Assembly (NCBI RefSeq): GCF_900232105.1
Contig: NZ_LT934425.1
Coordinates: 660,001-692,000, forward strand
Origin: Candidatus Kuenenia stuttgartensis
Lineage (GTDB): Bacteria; Planctomycetota; Brocadiia; Brocadiales; Brocadiaceae
Length of the DNA: 32,000 bases
Reading direction: 5' to 3'
The notes beneath the pieces were generated by a model that worked only from the letters and a program-made list of their open reading frames with translations, was not told where the DNA came from and did no database searches. Of this stretch, positions 27,368-32,000 are shown piece by piece. Each line of letters opens with the position of its first letter. Within the stretch, counting starts at the first letter, position 1. A program made the position numbers and the translations under genes.

Positions 27368-27878
27368 CAATAAGCTGAGGAGAGCCTTCAATATAATTTA
27401 TTATTTGACGAACCTCTTCACGGGTCATGACTACTGGAATATTCGTCTTCTTCTGTGCACGTATAGCGTTAATCTCTTCTTTTAATGATACTTTTAAAGT
27501 AACTATTCAGCGTAATTTCTTTAACTACCATATATGACAAAAAAGGCCAAAATCACAGATATTATCCAGAAGTTGTATTGCTATATATAGACAAGAAGCG
27601 TAAATTAATGGGTTTTTGCCATATATTGTACTTTTACTCAAACACGCTGAATAGTTACCTTTTAAAACCTTCTTATACAAAAATACAAGTGCGTTCATAG
27701 CCTGGTTTTGGGTAGAAGGGGCAACGCAAGATTTCACGGCAAGGTGGGTCAAAAATTGTTCTATTTTTTCTTCACCGTCCATTAAATCCTCTTGACTGGT
27801 CATTCGGTGGTATTGAATATAGCCAAACAAATATGATTTTAGGAATTTGGCAATAAAATGGCTTTCTAAAAAACAGAT
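27309..27878 (-). pseudogene. Integron-integrase-like tyrosine recombinase, N-terminal remnant (truncated, MITE-disrupted)
   Basis: EEKIEQFLTHLAVKSCVAPSTQNQAMNALVFLYKKVLK | (MITE) | VSLKEEINAIRAQKKTNIPVVMTREEVRQIINYIEGSPQLIVK closely follows the IntI N-terminal pattern (FLtHLA....vsasTqNQAlsAllFLYreVL...l..i.rakr...lPvVlTreEv..ll..l.g...l...LLYGtG). The catalytic C-terminal two thirds are absent. Confidence 0.7.
27499..27658. mobile_element. 160-bp MITE inserted in the integrase gene
   Basis: Perfect 15-bp terminal inverted repeats GTAACTATTCAGCGT (27499-27513 and the reverse complement of 27644-27658). They are flanked by an 8-bp direct duplication CTTTTAAA (27491-27498 and 27659-27666). 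AT-rich non-coding interior. Removing the element plus one duplication restores a continuous integrase reading frame (..FLYKKVLKVSLKEEINAIRAQ..). Confidence 0.85.
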
Positions 27879-28082
27879 TTATTTGACTAAGCATACTATA
27901 CAAGCACGCCCCTTAATTCCCTCTTTATAGAGAGGACTGGGAGGTGTAAATTTTTCGAAAACCTTATTTGTTTGACTATATATCATTTGATTCAATCACA
28001 GTATGATCGTTCTGTATGGAGGGAATAATGCTTAAGCCTCATTATATCTTTTACTTTATTTGGCAACCCCCCCCTTTTTTGA

Positions 28083-28110
28083 TTGACATCCTTTTCTCCT
28101 ATTCTATACT
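28083..28110 (+). promoter_or_regulatory. Sigma-70-type promoter candidate directed at the cassette-like array
   Basis: TTGACA (28083-28088), 16-nt spacer, TATACT (28105-28110), 134 nt upstream of the ATG at 28244. Two inverted repeats lie in the putative leader: CCTGATAA/TTATCAGG (28164-28195) and ATTGATT/AATCAAT (28199-28217). Confidence 0.5.
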
Positions 28111-28243
28111 GTGTACGAAATAAAATTATAAGGTAATTTTTAAAATACAACACAATAATTTTACCTGATAATAGTACTTTTCCCTAGTTATCAGGGCAAT
28201 TGATTGTGATAATCAATGGTTATCCAATATTTGGAGTTACGAC

Positions 28244-29416
28244 ATGAATGCCAACGCTCAAACAGGAGACACTCAAGACGCTGCTCGCTTGCGTGCGCTT
28301 CTTTCTCAGCTCAATTGGCTAAACGCCCTCAACGACGAGCCCGCCAACGGGGTTTACGAGTATCAGTTCCATTCGGACGCTCACATCACTGGTGAATTCA
28401 CGTCGGGCTTAGGCCCCTATAGCTTTCTCAATACAGTGCCAATACCTGATACGCCGGGAATCGTAACTGCACCAATCATTCTACGTTTGGTTGATCATCT
28501 TCCTGAATATCGACCGGACATGTCAAAAAAGGACGAGACGTTTTATCACGGTGGGACGATGGTTGATGAACTTGCGGCACTATCATCACTGTGCATCGGT
28601 GCTCGAATTATGGCGGGCGGCGAATCGCGGCGATTTGAACCCGGCAAGGATCCAATGGGACGGCCCTGCGCATGGGATTACAAACCAGCGCCATTCCTTC
28701 GTGTACGACCTGGGCGCTATGTTCTTCCTTCCATCACTGGCACCCATTCACTCGATAATCTTAACATGCTGAAGTCAATTCCCAAGATATCACCGGAGAG
28801 GTATGTCAATCTCATCCGGTCCTGCATTGCATATCAGGATGCTCTTTGGGCTGCTGAATCGGAGCCTCATCTTGCTTGGTTGCTGTTCGTATCTGCTCTT
28901 GAAACTGCGGCAAACGACATCTATCTGTCGGATAGATCTCCAGCCGAACGCCTGAAAGATGCGAAGCCAGACGTGGCAACCATTCTTGATGAAGCGGGCG
29001 GCCATCAATTGGTCGAGAAGATTGCCAAACTGATTGCGCCTTCTTTGGGTGCCACAAAGAAATTTCTGGACTTCACCCTAAATTTCGGACCGAACGAGCC
29101 AACTGATCGGCCGGATCAAGAATGGCTGCGCGTGAAATGGTCGAAGACCAACCTCAAGCATACTCTCAGCAAAGTTTACAATTACCGATCTCGCTCACTG
29201 CACGGTGGTTTACCGTTCCCAGCTCCAATGTACGATCCACCTTTCTATTTCGATCGTAAGTCAAAGCCATCTGAGGTCCCACTAACTGGCCTCGCATCAC
29301 ATTCACGCGGCGGTACGTGGTTGCCTGAGGATATGCCAGTAAATCTACATTGTTTTCACTACATCACACGTGAGACCTTGATTAATTGGTGGCGTAATTT
29401 AGCGAATGAGAGATAA
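28244..29416 (+). CDS. Orphan 390-aa protein; C-terminal helical region with an Rx4H (HEPN-like) motif
   Basis: Long ORF with a GGAG SD 8 nt upstream, visibly more G+C-rich than its neighbours. The C-terminal half is helical (ERYVNLIRSCIAYQDALWAAE, LAWLLFVSALETAANDIY, LKHTLSKVYNYRSRSLHGG, NLHCFHYITRETLINWWRNL) with R315-x4-H320 encoded at 29186-29203. I recognise no family for the N-terminal 180 aa. The confidence value applies to the CDS call. The functional guess is far weaker. Confidence 0.8.
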   Translation: MNANAQTGDTQDAARLRALLSQLNWLNALNDEPANGVYEYQFHSDAHITGEFTSGLGPYSFLNTVPIPDTPGIVTAPIILRLVDHLPEYRPDMSKKDETFYHGGTMVDELAALSSLCIGARIMAGGESRRFEPGKDPMGRPCAWDYKPAPFLRVRPGRYVLPSITGTHSLDNLNMLKSIPKISPERYVNLIRSCIAYQDALWAAESEPHLAWLLFVSALETAANDIYLSDRSPAERLKDAKPDVATILDEAGGHQLVEKIAKLIAPSLGATKKFLDFTLNFGPNEPTDRPDQEWLRVKWSKTNLKHTLSKVYNYRSRSLHGGLPFPAPMYDPPFYFDRKSKPSEVPLTGLASHSRGGTWLPEDMPVNLHCFHYITRETLINWWRNLANER

Positions 29417-29422
29417 CAAAAT

Positions 29423-29457
29423 CTTCAACCGGACGCATAAAGCCGCGCCGGTTAAGG
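29423..29457 (+). other. attC-like or terminator-like hairpin 7 nt after the orphan ORF stop
   Basis: CTTCAACCGG-ACGC-ataaagcc-GCG-CCGGTTAAGG. The outer arms resemble R'' (RYYYAAC) and R' (GTTRRRY) and share TTCAACC...GGTTAA with the site at 30666-30722. At 35 bp it is shorter than canonical attC sites. Confidence 0.4.
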
Positions 29458-29920
29458 GCTTGGGTTTGGATAATAGGGTGAGATTAATCGAAATACCGTT
29501 GACGCACCGCAAACGAGTTACAGACCTACCGGAATTAACAGGTCAAGGACACACTTCCCAGTGCTTGTGTGTGTGCAGTAAGGAAACAAGTCGCTAACGT
29601 ACCTGCACGAAATCGTAGAACTGCCGGTATTCAGGTATCACCTAAGTTATCCAATGGTCAATTATGCAGAACGGGGGAATACTGTCATTTCGCCATATAC
29701 AACACCATGGCAGGTCAACTGCAAGGCAGGCTGATGAAAGGGCAGTACTGAGAAGTTGGAAAAAGCAAATGTCATTCTATAATGGCGTGAATAGGGTATG
29801 AAACATGACTTGACTCTAAAAGGTCGGGAATCAAACTTTTCGATTCTGAAAGGAATGCCTACTTCCAACAGGTGTTTCATTGCGGGAAAATTGAAAGAAT
29901 ATTCGGAGGCAGGAACGCAA

Positions 29921-30142
29921 ATGACGGGAATCAATCCTGGTGCTCTTCCCGATGATGCAATAACGTGGCATACCATAAATTGGGATGCTGCAAGGCGTCA
30001 CGTCAGAAGACTGCAAATGCGTATCGCAAAGGCTGTAAAGGAAGGAAGACCAGGCAAGGTGAAAGCTTTGCAATGGCTCCTTACCCACTCTTTCCACGCC
30101 AAGCTCCTGGCTGTTAAAAGAGTGACCTCAAAATCGAGGTAA
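29921..30142 (+). pseudogene. Group II intron reverse transcriptase/maturase, N-terminal 73-aa fragment
   Basis: [70 protein letters not shown] matches the conserved N-terminus of bacterial intron-encoded proteins (W..i.W......V..LQ.RI.kA...g...kvk.Lq.lLt.S...kllAv.rVt). GGAGG SD upstream. After a frame slip (..NRGKTV) the ORF joins directly to the extreme C-terminal/domain V region, so RT domains 1-7, X and En are deleted. Confidence 0.7.
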
Positions 30143-30184
30143 AACAGTCTGGTTGTCCTACAAGGGCAGCTTATTGAAATACTT

Positions 30185-30218
30185 GAGCTGTATGGTGGGA
30201 AACTATCACGTACAGTTC
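30185..30218 (+). ncRNA. Group II intron domain V
   Basis: GAGCTGTATGGTGG-GAAA-CTATCACGTACAGTTC is 34 nt, with the AGC catalytic triad, a 2-nt CG bulge on the 3' strand and a GAAA (GNRA) tetraloop. A U-A pair replaces the usual C-G at position 5/30 (compensatory change). Confidence 0.85.
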
Positions 30219-30273
30219 TTAGGAGGGTATCGGGCAGCAATGCCCGTGACCTATCCGATTCCGTTGAAAGGAA

Positions 30274-30317
30274 GTGAGGACGACCTCACCGCTCCAATAT
30301 ACATAGGGGACGACCTC
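30274..30317 (+). promoter_or_regulatory. Guanidine-II (mini-ykkC) riboswitch
   Basis: Two tandem hairpins, each with an ACGA loop closed by GG/CC: GTGAGG-ACGA-CCTCAC (30274-30289) and GGGG-ACGA-CCTC (30306-30317), separated by a 16-nt linker. They sit just upstream of the GAAGG SD and the ATG of an SMR/SugE gene, the classic genetic context of this riboswitch class. Confidence 0.8.
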
Positions 30318-30338
30318 AGCATTTGTGAAGGCAAATAT

Positions 30339-30659
30339 ATGGCGTGGATCATTCTTGTTATTGCGGGACTGTTTGAGACTGGCTGGGCGATCGGGTTGAA
30401 GTACACCGAGGGGTTCACCCGATTGTGGCCTACGGTCTGGACAGTCTTGGCGATGATTATCAGTCTTTGGTTACTGGGCATTGCCTTGAAGTCGCTTCCG
30501 ATTGGCACCGCTTACGCCATTTTGGTAGGAGTTGGAACCGTCGGAACCGTTGCGCTAGGCATCGTACTGTTTGGAGAATCTACGAATACTGCCCGGCTCA
30601 TCAGCATTGCTCTGATTATTGCCGGTATCGTCGGGCTTAAGCTTGCGACACCGGCCTAA
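30339..30659 (+). CDS. sugE: SMR-family guanidinium exporter (SugE/Gdx)
   Basis: 106 aa, four TM helices. [31 protein letters not shown]...[27 protein letters not shown] includes the essential membrane Glu in TM1 and the SugE-type KYTEGF motif. I reject the tracked 30153 start because its first 62 codons are intron domain V/VI plus the riboswitch. Confidence 0.92.
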   Translation: MAWIILVIAGLFETGWAIGLKYTEGFTRLWPTVWTVLAMIISLWLLGIALKSLPIGTAYAILVGVGTVGTVALGIVLFGESTNTARLISIALIIAGIVGLKLATPA

Positions 30660-30665
30660 CAACGT

Positions 30666-30722
30666 GTTCAACCCTGACGAGCAAAAACATCGCTTCTCTC
30701 TGCTTTTGCTAGTCGGTTAATA
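30666..30722 (+). other. attC-like recombination-site candidate (57 bp)
   Basis: R''-like GTTCAAC (30666-30672, a perfect RYYYAAC) and R'-like GTTAATA (30716-30722). Folds as TT-C-AACC-ct-GAC-g-AGCAAAA...TTTTGCT-a-GTC-GGTT-AA, with the unpaired bases on the 5' arm only, as in attC sites. Starts 7 nt after the sugE stop. Confidence 0.5.
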
Positions 30723-30813
30723 TGAACATTACCCCAAAAAACAATACTTCTATTATTCATGTGACGTGCTATACTAATAAAAACAATAACCTTGAATTTG
30801 AGGGAAGAACAGT

Positions 30814-31014
30814 ATGTCAACTGTAAGCAAAATCAAAGAAGCGATAGAAACCCTTCCAGAAAATGAGTATGTCCAATTGAGGCAGTGGTTTTTGGAAAAA
30901 GACTGGGAAAAATGGGATAATCAGATTTTAGCGGATTCAGAAGCAGGAACGCTGGATCCCCTGATCAAGGAAGCCTTTGAAGAAAAATCGAAGGGAAAGC
31001 TTAAAGAACTATAA
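30814..31014 (+). CDS. Type II antitoxin (small helical, C-terminal toxin-wrapping type)
   Basis: 66 aa. The IKEAIETLPENEYVQLRQWF...WDNQILADSEAGTLDPLIKEAFEE pattern is common in antitoxins paired with RelE/ParE-superfamily toxins. GAGGGA SD upstream. Its stop is fused to the next ATG (TAAATG). An extended -10 (TGCTATACT) lies upstream. Confidence 0.6.
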   Translation: MSTVSKIKEAIETLPENEYVQLRQWFLEKDWEKWDNQILADSEAGTLDPLIKEAFEEKSKGKLKEL

Positions 31015-31275
31015 ATGCATCGGACAACAAATCGATCCTGAAAATATTTTGAGAATCTTCCACCACTTGTTCAAAAGAGAGCTAAGAAGAATTTTGAGCT
31101 TCTCAAAAAGAACCATTCGCATCCATCTCTTCATTTTAAAAAAGTTGGAGAGCTTTGGTCAGCCAGAGTCGGAATGAATCATAGGACACTTTCTGTTGAA
31201 AATGGTAAAGATTATATTTGGGTTTGGATAGGTACTCACGATGAGTACGAGTGTATGATTAATAAAAAGGTCTAA
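31015..31275 (+). pseudogene. RelE/ParE-superfamily-like toxin with an in-frame TGA at codon 9
   Basis: MHRTTNRS*KYFENLPPLVQKRAKKNFELLKKNHSHPSLHFKKVGELWSARVGMNHRTLSVENGKDYIWVWIGTHDEYECMINKKV*. The segment ..nP.hPsL..KK....lWsaRv...yRal....g....W.WIGtHdeY is a recurring small-toxin pattern. The stop at 31039-31041 is the only defect, and there is no alternative start before M at 31174. Confidence 0.6.
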
Positions 31276-31285
31276 CAAGCGCATT

Positions 31286-31379
31286 AAGCTAACCACCAAT
31301 ACTATATGCGATTTAATATTTATTGAGGCTGCCGCTTCAAGCCTTTCTTGCAAGCATTACGTACAGGCGGTGGTTGCTT
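31286..31379 (+). other. attC-like imperfect hairpin (94 bp) after the TA module
   Basis: Outer arms AAGC-T-AACCACC (31286-31297) and GGTGGTTGCTT (31369-31379) pair, leaving one extrahelical T. They contain AAC...GTT at the expected R''/R' positions. GTCTAAC (a perfect RYYYAAC) also overlaps the toxin stop at 31270-31276. The interior is only partly self-complementary. Confidence 0.4.
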
Positions 31380-31436
31380 ATACGAGACATCAGCAGCAAG
31401 TATTGGCAATAAATCAATCTGTACATCGGGGTTAAT

Positions 31437-31913
31437 ATGAGTGGAATAAAAGATATATCCGACCGAATGGGGCGAGTTGTTTATGGCCTAATTAGTTTAA
31501 GCCTAGGGCTTATAAGTTTCGCAATGATGGTGGTTGCCTTATGGGGCATTTGGGTCTCAGTACACGAAAAAACCCTTCTTGAGAAAGCTCTTCTTGATGC
31601 AATTGGTTTGATTGTGATTGGAATGGCAGTCTTTGATGTTTCCAAGTTTTTGGCGGAGGAAGAGGTCTTTAACAGTGGTGGCGCGAAATCGCCCACAAAA
31701 CAGAGAGAGAGCTTATTAAAGTTTCTCGCCATCATTGCCATCGCTGTAAGTCTGGAAGCCCTGGTGTTCATTTTTGATGCCGGGAAAAAAGAAATTAGTA
31801 GTTTGATTTATCCAACATTTTTGTTAATCGCTGCGGTTTCGGTGGTGGTCGGTCTTGGTGTGTATCAAAAACTGACTCGGAATGATGGGGATTCATCGCA
31901 AAACAACCTATAG
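31437..31913 (+). CDS. Small integral membrane protein (4 predicted TM helices), function unknown
   Basis: 158 aa with four hydrophobic helices (VVYGLISLSLGLISFAMMVVALWGIWV; AIGLIVIGMAVF; FLAIIAIAVSLEALVFIF; PTFLLIAAVSVVVGLGVY). No family recognised by eye. Confidence 0.6.
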   Translation: MSGIKDISDRMGRVVYGLISLSLGLISFAMMVVALWGIWVSVHEKTLLEKALLDAIGLIVIGMAVFDVSKFLAEEEVFNSGGAKSPTKQRESLLKFLAIIAIAVSLEALVFIFDAGKKEISSLIYPTFLLIAAVSVVVGLGVYQKLTRNDGDSSQNNL

Positions 31914-32000
31914 TCGCGATGACAGTTCGAATGTAACGGTAGCGTATTTTTGTAGATGGTATATGTTCGATGTTTAAGAGCAAATGCATGGCTACTAACA

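Larger units (their letters stand above)
29451..30254 (+). mobile_element. Group II intron remnant with an internally deleted intron-encoded protein (5' boundary uncertain, 29451-29575)
   Basis: Canonical domain V at 30185-30218 and a domain VI-like helix with a GCAA loop (CGGGCA-GCAA-TGCCCG) ending near CCTAT at 30254. Also carries the N-terminal fragment of a group II reverse transcriptase/maturase ORF, and the characteristic frame reading [15 protein letters not shown] across domain V. Candidate 5' GTGTGC at 29571. Confidence 0.7.

Noticed and set aside
29406-29976. Small ORFs 29406-29597, 29569-29751 and 29662-29976 between the orphan ORF and the intron-encoded protein fragment.
   Set aside because: They lie in what is best read as group II intron domains I-III RNA. 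No coding signals are present.
30153-30338. N-terminal 62 codons of the tracked ORF 30153-30659 ([25 protein letters not shown]...).
   Set aside because: This stretch is group II intron domain V/VI followed by the guanidine-II riboswitch. SugE homology, the SD and the normal protein length all begin at ATG 30339.
31039-31041. The in-frame TGA in the toxin gene as a recoding event (selenocysteine or a reassigned stop).
   Set aside because: No SECIS-like context is evident. TGA also appears to act as an ordinary stop elsewhere in the window (for example 148-150). A simple nonsense mutation or a sequencing error is more parsimonious.
31930-31950. GTTCGAAT motif suggesting a tRNA T-arm, and therefore a tRNA integration target.
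   Set aside because: The flanking bases do not form a T-stem, and no acceptor or anticodon arms can be drawn. I found no tRNA-like cloverleaf anywhere in the window.

Overview
About 23 kb of ordinary, AT-rich bacterial chromosome is followed by about 9 kb of mosaic accessory DNA. I cannot assign a taxon from the sequence alone. Core part, mostly on the minus strand: a GT9 heptosyltransferase; a CusS/CusR-like two-component pair; an HtrA/DegP protease; an ABC-2 transporter operon (ATPase, permease, GldG-like protein, five-module DUF4340 protein); rpoZ; cysK-cysE; a DhnA-family class I aldolase with a Zn-dependent dehydrogenase; and a late flagellar cluster (rod-binding FlgJ-like, FlgN-like, flgK, flgL, fliW, csrA, TPR protein). 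Accessory part, from about 23.2 kb: a 966-aa STAND (NACHT-like) P-loop NTPase carrying about eleven 40-aa TPR units and no recognisable effector domain; then a roughly 1 kb stretch of nested short inverted-repeat elements and an RCC1-like gene fragment. Beyond that lies what I read as a fossil integron-like platform. Its parts are: an integron-integrase-like N-terminal remnant on the minus strand, truncated and split by a 160-bp MITE with perfect 15-bp TIRs and an 8-bp target duplication; a divergent near-consensus promoter; and a co-oriented plus-strand array of unrelated units, each followed by an attC-like imperfect hairpin (AACC...GGTT outer arms). The units are (1) a G+C-rich orphan 390-aa protein whose C-terminal helical region carries an Rx4H (HEPN-like) motif; (2) a guanidine-II (mini-ykkC) riboswitch plus a SugE/Gdx SMR exporter, preceded by an ORF-deleted group II intron with a canonical domain V; (3) a toxin-antitoxin pair whose toxin has a nonsense codon at codon 9; (4) a small 4-TM membrane protein. 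The best candidates for something undescribed are the orphan HEPN-like cassette protein in its integron-like context and the effector-less STAND/TPR NTPase at the boundary of the island. All family assignments come from reading motifs by eye. No database search was run.
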